Shown: in pieces, positions 56,136 through 64,000 of the stretch
Layout of the letters: every line of letters starts with the position of its first letter
Position numbering within the stretch: the stretch's first letter is position 1
From: Verrucomicrobiota bacterium
GTDB taxonomy: Bacteria > Verrucomicrobiota > Lentisphaeria > Lentisphaerales > Lentisphaeraceae
DNA length: 64,000 bases
Direction of reading: 5' to 3'
Assembly (NCBI GenBank): GCA_039798785.1
Contig: JBDKFG010000016.1
Location: 8,559 to 72,558, forward strand
Notes under the pieces: model-generated
What the model was told of the DNA's origin: nothing
The model's database searches: none
Seen by the model: only the letters and a program-made list of their open reading frames with translations
Translations under genes and position numbers: made by a program

Positions 56136-56233
56136 AAGCGAGGCGCCTACTTTCGTAAGCGCCTCGCGTTGCAATCAAATGGTGGTGGGCCCACACGGAT
56201 TCGAACCGTGAACCAAGGGATTATGAGACCCCT
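56136..56233. repeat. att site (right), overlapping the intact tRNA
   Basis: Identical to 35392..35489. Confidence 0.95.
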
Positions 56234-56258
56234 GCTCTAACCGTTGAGCTATGAGCCC
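56183..56258 (-). tRNA. tRNA with CAT anticodon, probably tRNA-Ile2 (lysidine) rather than Met
   Basis: GGGCTCATAGCTCAACGGTTAGAGCAGGGGTCTCATAATCCCTTGGTTCACGGTTCGAATCCGTGTGGGCCCACCA; the G1-C72 pair excludes the initiator and the body resembles Ile2. Confidence 0.9.
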
Positions 56259-56330
56259 GGACGAGCGCCTAAGATGCCGCGAGCTGGGCTGCTGGCAAGA
56301 GGCGAGAGCCGCTTTCTGTCGTCAATGTCG

Positions 56331-58235
56331 TCAATGTCCCTGCGGAACGAGCCGCGCCTTGGCCGCGGCATTTCCGAAGACATGGATGTAGTTCTCAGAG
56401 GCGAGCTTGTTGCCGCGACAGCTTTCCGGCCAGGAAAGGATCAGCTCGGGCTCTACTCCGAGAGCGGCACAGGCGGCGGCGAATTTCCTCTTCCCTTGGG
56501 CATCTGGGATGAGCTGAGTCGCGACGAGGCTTTCGCCCGAAGGATCGCGGTAGCTGAGCCGAAGCCGGATTCTGAGCCCGGAAGAGGCGGGGGTGAGAGC
56601 CAGCTGCTCCTCGCGGCCCAGGCTGGTCCAGGAGCGGCCGTCGACACTGCCTTGCCAGTGGTAGGAGTAGGCCTGCGGCTCGGCGGGGAAGCCGAAGTTG
56701 TCGTAGCGCTCCAAGGGGCCGGGGAAGACGTGGTTGAGACGCGGGATGTCGACACTGAGAAGGGTGCCCGGCGCGAGATCCTCGGCCCGGATCTCGAGGC
56801 CTTGGATGGAGCTGCCGTCGGCTCGCCGCAAGGTCAAGGCGAGAGCCAGCGGGCCGGCATCGAGCTGCTGGACTGCGATCAAAGTGGCTTCGGGTTTTTT
56901 CAGCAGGTTGGCGGCCTCTTCGCAACTGATGTGCTGGCGGTGGGTCTGGTCCAGCAGCTGCAGACCGAAGACGGTCCCCAAGGTCTGCTCGAGCCGGGGG
57001 CGGCCGGCGGGATAAAGCTCAGCCAGCCCACGGTGCAATTCCTTGATCCCGGCGGTGCGGGCGATTTCGGGACGGCGTGATTCGGTCGCGGTTTGTCTGG
57101 CGGCGAGGCCGGTGATGATGACGGTGGAGACGGCCAGTGCGAATCCGATCTGGTGCCTTGTCTGCCATCGCCGTTCGAGGAGGCTGACCAGGGACCAGGA
57201 GGCGATCATGCAGACGGAAGGGACGAGAGGGAAGATCAGGTCGGGTCGGTGATGGCTTGCGGCACAGAAGATGAGGAGGCCGCAGCCGGCATAGATCCAG
57301 AGGGATTGCAGCTCCTGTCTATCCGGGGTGTCCGCCAGGGCTTTCCGACGCCAGAGGAGCCAGGCGGCCGGAAGGAGGAGGAGGCACCAAGGGAGGGAGC
57401 GGCCCAGGAGGTATCCGGCAGGCCCGAAGAAGAAGGCGATTTTTTCAGAGAGAGGCTTGGTCTCGTCGGCGCTGATCACCTGACCGATGAGCTCACCGTG
57501 AATGAGCCGGTCGATGAAGGGCTGCCCCCAGCAATTCCACGCGGCGAAGAACCAGGCCAAGCCGAGGGCGAGAAAGAGAGTGGCGCCGATGAGGTTCTGA
57601 CGGGTGCTGCCCGGCCGGCGAGCTTCTCCGCGGCGGCGCCAGCCGACATAGGCGACCGGCAGAGCGGCCAGCAGCAGGCCGAGTGGCCCCTTGGCGAAGT
57701 TGGCGGCGGTGGCGGCAGTCCAGAACCAGACCCAGGAGCAACGGCCGCGATGAGCTTCCAAGCCAGCAAAGATGGCGGCGAAGATGCAGAAGGTGAAGAC
57801 CGCATCGATCCGGCCCAGCATGGCCAGCTTCGCCGCAACCGGCGTCAGCAGCCAGAAGAGGCCGGCGAAAAGCCCCGTCTGCCATTTGAAGCGGCTGCGG
57901 CCCCATTCAAAGAGGATCATCGCGGTGAGCAGGACGGCGACGCTGCCGGGAAAGGTGAGTGAGAAGCGGTTCAGCTCGCCACCGCAGAGGACCTCGGCGC
58001 TCAAGGCACATAGCCAGGTGTACAGGGGGGGCTTGCCGGCAAGCTCGTGAAAGTGGTTTTCCTGAAGGATCCAGTGGCCATTCTTCAGGAGATCGAGGAC
58101 ATAGGTGGCTTGACGCTCCTGCTTGTTGTCGTCGCAGATGTCGTCGGCGCCGGAGAGACGGACCAGCCAGATGCTGAGCCAGACAAGGACTATCAAGAGG
58201 CGGCAGCGTCGCGTCCAGGCAAGTTCATGATTCAT
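56331..58235 (-). CDS. ArnT/PMT-family (GT-C) glycosyltransferase
   Basis: KPPLYTWL, RID and AKGPLG motifs; many TM helices and a C-terminal soluble domain. Confidence 0.8.
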   Translation of the reverse strand: MNHELAWTRRCRLLIVLVWLSIWLVRLSGADDICDDNKQERQATYVLDLLKNGHWILQENHFHELAGKPPLYTWLCALSAEVLCGGELNRFSLTFPGSVAVLLTAMILFEWGRSRFKWQTGLFAGLFWLLTPVAAKLAMLGRIDAVFTFCIFAAIFAGLEAHRGRCSWVWFWTAATAANFAKGPLGLLLAALPVAYVGWRRRGEARRPGSTRQNLIGATLFLALGLAWFFAAWNCWGQPFIDRLIHGELIGQVISADETKPLSEKIAFFFGPAGYLLGRSLPWCLLLLPAAWLLWRRKALADTPDRQELQSLWIYAGCGLLIFCAASHHRPDLIFPLVPSVCMIASWSLVSLLERRWQTRHQIGFALAVSTVIITGLAARQTATESRRPEIARTAGIKELHRGLAELYPAGRPRLEQTLGTVFGLQLLDQTHRQHISCEEAANLLKKPEATLIAVQQLDAGPLALALTLRRADGSSIQGLEIRAEDLAPGTLLSVDIPRLNHVFPGPLERYDNFGFPAEPQAYSYHWQGSVDGRSWTSLGREEQLALTPASSGLRIRLRLSYRDPSGESLVATQLIPDAQGKRKFAAACAALGVEPELILSWPESCRGNKLASENYIHVFGNAAAKARLVPQGH

Positions 58236-58398
58236 GGAGAGTCCTTGATCAAGTGTAGATGGAGAAGATTCGATCGGTTTTGCTCTCTGCCCTAGGCCGG
58301 GGAGGTAATTTTTCATGAAAATCCAGCGCGAGTCCGTAAAGTCGCGTTCTTGTCCGTCTCATCAGGCTTTATTGCCGAAACTCAATCCTGGAGATGAA

Positions 58399-59343
58399 AT
58401 GAAAATGATGAAGCTGATCAATTGCTTCCTGTTGTGCATGATGTCCTTTGCGCTGCCCCTTTTCGCAGCCAAGGGCAAGGGGGGAGACGAGCCCCGGAAG
58501 GACGATCTCGGGAGAGATTACTACCTGTATCTGCCCAAGATCGACCCGAAGAAGACTTATTGGCTGGTGGTCGGAGCGCACGGAAACAATGGTCGGGGTC
58601 AGGGCGCGGCCGGCATGGCGAAGTGGACCGAGCGCGGCGACTGCATCGTTGTCGGGCCAAGCTTTCCGCAGGGGTTTCAAGGCTTGGCGGAGCAGAGTGA
58701 CGAACAGCTTCTGAAGCTCAAGGCCAAGCTCGACAAGGAATTCCGGCTCTACCCGAAGATGTTCGTCACCGGCTTCTCCGCCGGAGCCCAGTTCTCCCAT
58801 CGCTTCGCGTTGAAGCATCCGGCCGCGGTCTGTGGTGTCAGCGCCCATTCCGCCGGCTCTTGGTCGACCGGAGGCCAGTTCGGCGCTATCAATCCCGAAG
58901 CAGCCGGCATTCCTTACTCGATTTCTTGCGGAGATGCCGATACGGGGCTGTCGATGCCCTCTTATCCGATGGGTCGCTACGAATGGTTCAAGGCTTACCG
59001 CGACCAGCTGATCGCGGCGAAGTTCTTCACCAAAGCGGTGTCGGTGCCGAAGGTCGGACACAGCCCGAGCCCTCAGACGCAGGCCTTGACCGAGGAGACC
59101 TTCCTCCTTGCCACCACCGGGTTGAGCGCCGTGGAGATGAAGCGGCACGGCAAGGACCTGGCCGCCCTGGCGAAGTTCGGCGGCAAGATGGAAAGCGCCT
59201 CGGCTCGAGCCCTGCTGCAGAAGCTCAAGGCGGTCAAGCTCGACGCCAAGGCACTGGCCGCTGCCGGCTGGACGGTGAGTGACGAGCAGCGTCGCAAGTC
59301 TTACGAGGCGGCCCTGGAGGCGATCAGCGGCACCAAGCCTTGA
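58399..59343 (+). CDS. Secreted alpha/beta hydrolase (esterase-like)
   Basis: Signal peptide; YYLYLP, GAHG, GFSAG, CGDAD and GH motifs. Confidence 0.75.
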   Translation: MKMMKLINCFLLCMMSFALPLFAAKGKGGDEPRKDDLGRDYYLYLPKIDPKKTYWLVVGAHGNNGRGQGAAGMAKWTERGDCIVVGPSFPQGFQGLAEQSDEQLLKLKAKLDKEFRLYPKMFVTGFSAGAQFSHRFALKHPAAVCGVSAHSAGSWSTGGQFGAINPEAAGIPYSISCGDADTGLSMPSYPMGRYEWFKAYRDQLIAAKFFTKAVSVPKVGHSPSPQTQALTEETFLLATTGLSAVEMKRHGKDLAALAKFGGKMESASARALLQKLKAVKLDAKALAAAGWTVSDEQRRKSYEAALEAISGTKP

Positions 59344-59356
59344 AGAGCCGCCGCCT

Positions 59357-59998
59357 TCAGGCTTTGACGAAAGGATTGCCGCGGCGTTCCTCGCCGATGC
59401 GGGTGGCGGGGCCGTGGCCGGGGATCACCTCCGAATCTCCGTCGAGGGTGTAGAGGCGGGATTTGATCGACTTGGCAAGCCTATCGAAGTCGCCGCCGGG
59501 CAGATCCGTGCGGCCCACCGAGCGGCGGAAGAGAGTGTCTCCCGAGAAGATCATCTGCCGTCCGTCGCTGGCGATGCGGAAACAGGTCGATCCGGGGGTG
59601 TGCCCGGGGGTGAAGATCACCTCGAGGGAATGTCGGCCGAAGTGCAGGATCTGTCCGTCCTGGAGATAATCGTCGACCGGATCGACGCTGGCGCGAGGGA
59701 GCCCGAGCATCATCGACTGGGTTTCGTGGAGGTCCCAGAGGAACTGGTCGGCTTCGTTGAGATAGCTGCGGCCGCCGCAGCAGGTCTTGACATCCGCAGT
59801 GGCGCCGAAGTGGTCGAGGTGGGCGTGGGTGTGGATCAAGGCATTGACCTTCCATCCTCCGGCCTGCAGGCGGCGGGTGATGGCAGCGCCTTCCTCGCCG
59901 GGATCGATGACGATCGCCTCGCGGCTCTGCGGACAGCCAAGGATGCTGCAGTTGCATTGGAAGAGGCCGACCGGAAAGCTGTCGAGATGGAGGTTCAC
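59357..59998 (-). CDS. MBL-fold metallo-hydrolase (glyoxalase II/GloC-like)
   Basis: THAHLDH, TPGHTPG, SGDTLF and PGHG motifs. Confidence 0.92.
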   Translation of the reverse strand: MNLHLDSFPVGLFQCNCSILGCPQSREAIVIDPGEEGAAITRRLQAGGWKVNALIHTHAHLDHFGATADVKTCCGGRSYLNEADQFLWDLHETQSMMLGLPRASVDPVDDYLQDGQILHFGRHSLEVIFTPGHTPGSTCFRIASDGRQMIFSGDTLFRRSVGRTDLPGGDFDRLAKSIKSRLYTLDGDSEVIPGHGPATRIGEERRGNPFVKA

Positions 59999-60075
59999 GG
60001 GCTTTCTTCTCCTGAGGTGGGGCAATTGAAGGAGGCGCAGCCGCTGGCTGCGCCTCCGGTTCGCTCGGCTTCGGA

Positions 60076-61116
60076 TCAGAATTGATCGGGCTTGAAGTCT
60101 TCTTCCTGGAGCCAGTGAAGAACTTTCAGGCTGTCAAGCGCGGCGGCAAAGCCGTCATTGCCGGGGCCGAAGGTGAATTTCGATCCGATACCGCCACGCT
60201 TCAGCGGGCCGACGTTGGTGAAGGATCTGGTGGTGATCTGCCCGTCGACGGTGACGATGAAAAGGCCTTTGTAGTTGTTCCAGCCGAGGGAGACGTGGTG
60301 CCACTGGCCCGGCGCCCAGTTGGCGGTGTTCGACAGATCGTCGCATTCGAAGCTGAATTCGCGGACCTCTTCCTTGGCGGCTTCGGCGGCGGCGGCGTCT
60401 TCGCGCTTCTGGGCTTCTTCGGCGAGTTTCTTGGCCTCCTCGCTGGTCGGAGTCAAGGCGGGGCGCTTGTTGATCTTTTCGAGCGCCTTCTGGATGATTT
60501 CCGACTGCTTCAGAAGGGGGTTCTCGCTGGCGATCAGGCGCAGCGCATCGGTGTACTGCTGCTCTTCGATGTTGCTAAGCTTGAGATTGTATTGGCTCAA
60601 GGCTTCTATCGCCTTGGATTGCAGGCTGGCGAAGTCGATGCCCGCCTTGGCTTTCGGGAAGAGGGCGCTGACCACCAGCTTGAGCTTGCCGTCGGTCTTG
60701 AGGATGAGCTTCAGGCTGGTGCGGCCGTTGTTCTCCTCGACCAGGACGCTGTCCTTACCTTTCACGCCGAAGGCTTCGCGGGTCGGACTGATCCAGAAGC
60801 CGAGAGTGCCGATCTCTTCGTTGATGTGGCTGCCGGTGCGAAGATGCATTTCGGTGCGCTGGCGGCTGTCGGAGAAGTCGAGGGCCTGGCCGCTGCGTCC
60901 GGCGACCAGCTTGGCTGGACCGGTGACGGAGATCCAGGTCGGGCCGGCGGGGCGGCCCTTCGCGTCGACGGCGGTGCAGACGAGATTTTGCTGTCCACGG
61001 CCGCTGGCCTGGAATTCGCAGGAGTCGAAGTCGACCACATGGATTTTACTGGCATCGGGGGCGGCGAGAGTGGTGGCAGCCAAAGTCATGGAGCCGAAAA
61101 ATGCGCGCTTGAACAT
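60076..61116 (-). CDS. Secreted LamG-like jellyroll protein with helical insertion
   Basis: Signal peptide; GRSGQALDF, GTLGFWI, GQWHHVSLGW and VDG motifs. Confidence 0.6.
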   Translation of the reverse strand: MFKRAFFGSMTLAATTLAAPDASKIHVVDFDSCEFQASGRGQQNLVCTAVDAKGRPAGPTWISVTGPAKLVAGRSGQALDFSDSRQRTEMHLRTGSHINEEIGTLGFWISPTREAFGVKGKDSVLVEENNGRTSLKLILKTDGKLKLVVSALFPKAKAGIDFASLQSKAIEALSQYNLKLSNIEEQQYTDALRLIASENPLLKQSEIIQKALEKINKRPALTPTSEEAKKLAEEAQKREDAAAAEAAKEEVREFSFECDDLSNTANWAPGQWHHVSLGWNNYKGLFIVTVDGQITTRSFTNVGPLKRGGIGSKFTFGPGNDGFAAALDSLKVLHWLQEEDFKPDQF

Positions 61117-61611
61117 GGGTTTCAATCCTCGACTTGCGTTTCGTTTGGAGGGAGCATCTGAACTTAGCACCTTGATACTCGAATGCCAAGGTAGCGATTC
61201 TCAATATCCTCGATTCTTGCGGCGGCGGCGATCTCACGGACTTTACTCCTTCATGGTCAGAAGAGCCAGGAGCGAAGCGTCGCGAGCTCCGCCCGAGGTG
61301 GAAGTCGCCGTGGCCGGATCAGCCGCGAAAAGTCCTGACCTGTATCCACCCAAATCAAGCTCGGCTGAACCGCAGAAGACGCAGAGGCGCGCAGTAAGGA
61401 GTGATCGGCAGACCGCTCATCTTTCTACTTTTGCGCTCTTTGTGCCTTTTGTGGCCATCTAGCTTTCTTCGCTTCTTCGTTCCTTCGAGTGATACAGGTC
61501 GAAAGTCCGGAGTCATCGACATGATCAATGACGAGACCAGAAGGAATCGATTCTTTCCCTTGCTGATCCATTCCTATCTTTCGACTGATCACAGCCTCGG
61601 AGAAAAATCTC

Positions 61612-63009
61612 ATGCCAGACTCTTCCCTCTTGACCGTCAATGATGAACAGTCCCGGCTCAATCCGACCGGGGTTGCCGCGATTTTGCGGCCATCCTCGAT
61701 TGATCACCTGCCGGGCCTGTTCCGGACTTTGCGGCAACAGGGTCGACATCTCGCGGTTTCGGGAGGCCGCCATGCGATGGGCGGTCAGCAGTTTCTCCGG
61801 GGTGAAGCTTTGCTCGATATGCGGGAGTGCCATCAGGTTCTCGCCTTCGACCGCGAGCAGGGAAGGATCACCGTCGAGGCCGGCATCGAGTGGCCCCGCC
61901 TGATCCGCTGGCTGCAGCAGGCGCAAGCAGGCGATCCGAGGCCCTGGACCATCCGGCAGAAGCAGACCGGGGTCGATCGCGTCACTCTCGGCGGCAGCGC
62001 CGCCGCCAACGCCCATGGCCGCGGGTTGAATTTTGCGCCTGTCGCAGCTGATGTCGAGGATTTGCTGCTGATCGATGCCGAGGGGCGCACCCTGTCCTGC
62101 AGTCGCAAGGAGAGGCCGGAGCTCTTCAGCCTGGTCCTCGGAGGCTACGGGCTCTTCGGCGTCATCGCTGCGCTCACTCTCCGCCTGGTGCCGCGGCAGA
62201 AGCTGCGGCGACAGGTGCAGATCATCGCCATCCAGGATCTGTTGCCCTTGCTCGATCGCCGCCTGGAACAGGGCTTCCTTTACGGCGACTGCCAATATGC
62301 CACCGATCTCGGCGGCGATCCCGTCTTCCACCACGGAGTCTTCCCCTGTTACGGGCCGGTCGATGACGACACGCCGATGCCGCAGCCGCAAGAAGAGCTG
62401 GCGGCGGAAGACTGGGTGAACTTGTACCGGCTGGCGCGCAGCGACAAGAAAGAGGCTTTCGATCGCTATTTCAGCTACTACTTGCGCAGCCATGGCCAGG
62501 TTTATTGGTCCGACGAACACCAATTGGCAGGATCCTTCGAGGAATACCGCCGCGGTGTCGATGTCAGCCAGGGCACCGAGATGATCACCGAGGTCTATGT
62601 CGATCGCGACGCCTTCCTGCCTTTCCTGGCGACGGTCCGGGAGGATTTTGTTCGGCACCAGGTCGACATGACCTACGGCACCATCCGCTTCATCGCCAAG
62701 GACGAGGACAGTTTTCTGCCCTGGGCTGCGCGACCGCGGGTCTGCATCGTCTGCAATCTTCATGTCCGCCACAGCGCAGCGGGGATCGCCAAGGCCAAGG
62801 CCGACTTCCGGCGCATTCTCGACCGGGTGATGGAATTCGACGGCAGCTTCTTCCTCACTTATCACCGCTGGGCCGAGCGCCGCCACCTCGACGCCGCCCA
62901 TCCCCGCCTGCGCGATTTCCTGCGGATGAAGCGAGCCTACGACCCATCCGGCTTTTTCAGCTCGGACTGGCATCGGCATCAGGAATCCCTCTTCGCCGGA
63001 GAGCTGTGA
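61612..63009 (+). CDS. FAD-binding oxidoreductase (VAO/ALO family)
   Basis: GGRHAMGGQ, TLGGSAAANAHG, GGYGLFGVI and KRAYDPSG motifs. Confidence 0.88.
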   Translation: MPDSSLLTVNDEQSRLNPTGVAAILRPSSIDHLPGLFRTLRQQGRHLAVSGGRHAMGGQQFLRGEALLDMRECHQVLAFDREQGRITVEAGIEWPRLIRWLQQAQAGDPRPWTIRQKQTGVDRVTLGGSAAANAHGRGLNFAPVAADVEDLLLIDAEGRTLSCSRKERPELFSLVLGGYGLFGVIAALTLRLVPRQKLRRQVQIIAIQDLLPLLDRRLEQGFLYGDCQYATDLGGDPVFHHGVFPCYGPVDDDTPMPQPQEELAAEDWVNLYRLARSDKKEAFDRYFSYYLRSHGQVYWSDEHQLAGSFEEYRRGVDVSQGTEMITEVYVDRDAFLPFLATVREDFVRHQVDMTYGTIRFIAKDEDSFLPWAARPRVCIVCNLHVRHSAAGIAKAKADFRRILDRVMEFDGSFFLTYHRWAERRHLDAAHPRLRDFLRMKRAYDPSGFFSSDWHRHQESLFAGEL

Positions 63010-63794
63010 TGCCTGCGCCGGGACATGTCGACGCCGCCTTTCTCGATCAATTGCGGGAGATGTGCGGCGGCCTGAAGGAGCGCATGTGGCAGCTTCTGGC
63101 GGCGGCGCCCGACGCCTGCATCCTCGATTTCGGCTGCGGACCGGCAAGCGACACCTTGGATCTGGCTCGTCGACTCGGTCCCTTCGGACGGATCTTCGGG
63201 GTCGATCACGATCCGGAAATGATAAGCCTGGCGGAGATCCGTCGGCTGGATTCGGAGCTTGCCGGGCAAGTCGAGCATCATGGGATTGATGGCGGGAGGC
63301 TGCCGTTTGAGGACGGATGTATCGACGCCGTCCGCTGCGAACGCGTCTTCCAGCATCTGCGCGATCCAGCCGCCGTCTTGAGCGAGCTGCATCGCGTCTG
63401 TCGCCAAGGAGGGCGCATCGTGATTCTCGATCCTGACAACAGCGCCACGCAAATCGATCTCGCCGACCCGGGCCTGGAGGATTTCTTTTGGAGATTCAAG
63501 CGGGTGCGCAGCGAATACTTTCAGAACCCGTCTTCGGCTCTGGCCCTGCCTCGCAGGCTGGCGGCGGCGGGCTGGCGCCTTGTCCAGGCTGAAATCCACC
63601 CGATGCAGATTCACCAATTTGACGTGGCCAGGCGATTTGCTCTGTTTGATGCGGTGGAAGAGGAGATGTTGCGGCGGGGCATGGCTAGCCCGGAGGAGCT
63701 CCTGGCCTGGCGTTCGAGCCTGGAGGCGCAGCAGCGGCAAGGTCTATTCTTCGCTTATACCAACCTGATCATCACTTCCGCTGTGAAGCTTTGA
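63009..63794 (+). CDS. Class I SAM-dependent methyltransferase (UbiE-like)
   Basis: ILDFGCGP, GVD, LPFEDG.ID and ELHRV..GGRI motifs; TGATG overlap with the upstream gene. Confidence 0.88.
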   Translation: MPAPGHVDAAFLDQLREMCGGLKERMWQLLAAAPDACILDFGCGPASDTLDLARRLGPFGRIFGVDHDPEMISLAEIRRLDSELAGQVEHHGIDGGRLPFEDGCIDAVRCERVFQHLRDPAAVLSELHRVCRQGGRIVILDPDNSATQIDLADPGLEDFFWRFKRVRSEYFQNPSSALALPRRLAAAGWRLVQAEIHPMQIHQFDVARRFALFDAVEEEMLRRGMASPEELLAWRSSLEAQQRQGLFFAYTNLIITSAVKL

Positions 63795-64000
63795 TCCTCA
63801 GCAGTTTGGAGTTTGGTGAGTTAATTGTTTTTAACCTGGATTCCGAAGTTGAGCTTGGGCTCAGCTTCCGAATCCAGGATTCAAGATTCAAGATTAAAAA
63901 TTGGTTCTTCACCTCATCCTGCACATCCCGCACTTCCGGCATCACACTATCAAACCACCGCTTCTCTTCTGGGCGCGTTGGCCATCCGCAACACAGTTAG

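Larger units (their letters stand above)
35392..56233. mobile_element. Integrative phage-satellite-like element (~20.7 kb) inserted in tRNA(CAT)
   Basis: 98-bp direct repeats at both ends; tyrosine integrase next to the intact tRNA; repressor with divergent Xis-like genes; SF3 helicase and origin-like repeats; defence cargo; no capsid, terminase or conjugation genes recognised. Confidence 0.9.

Noticed and set aside
35392..56233. Full prophage or conjugative ICE
   Set aside because: No capsid, tail, terminase, lysis, relaxase or T4SS genes recognised
56183..56258. Initiator tRNA-fMet
   Set aside because: It has a paired G1-C72 and lacks three consecutive G-C pairs at the base of the anticodon stem
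62505..63008. Long N-terminal extension of the methyltransferase
   Set aside because: It overlaps the oxidoreductase out of frame; the TGATG overlap at 63009 marks the likely start

Overview
High-GC bacterial chromosome segment, most likely PVC superphylum and Lentisphaerae-like; this is inferred from the prepilin-type H-X9-DG-like genes, YdjY and DUF6288-like proteins, and murD-LysM linkage. The backbone carries a cluster of four cation transporters, with an nhaA-I-like (Li+-class) riboswitch candidate upstream of an NhaD-type antiporter. It also carries cheA/cheY, rodA-murD-LysM, a lower-GC pilin-like cassette, tRNA-Lys(UUU), a beta-barrel/pentaheme cytochrome pair with ferredoxin and cytochrome c, rpsU and metabolic genes. 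The main feature is a complete ~20.7 kb integrative, phage-satellite-like element (35392-56233) inserted in a tRNA(CAT) gene, probably Ile2, and bounded by a 98-bp direct repeat. The element encodes a tyrosine integrase with paired arm-type repeats, a Doc-type toxin-antitoxin pair, a repressor with divergent excisionase-like genes, a Zn-finger protein, an SF3 helicase and an iteron-like origin. Its cargo is a cadherin/RTX surface protein and a type I R-M operon, with a fused ABC-ATPase/TOPRIM (PARIS/OLD-like) gene and a Schlafen/AlbA_2-HATPase gene between hsdS and hsdR. hsdS plus the ATPase-TOPRIM gene are bracketed by two inverted clusters of covarying REP-like hairpins next to a truncated RAYT-like transposase, and each cluster is spanned by a mini-ORF that overlaps both neighbours. 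This is my best candidate for an undescribed system: REP/RAYT-linked exchange of a defence cassette. All family assignments come from motif recognition by eye; no searches were run.
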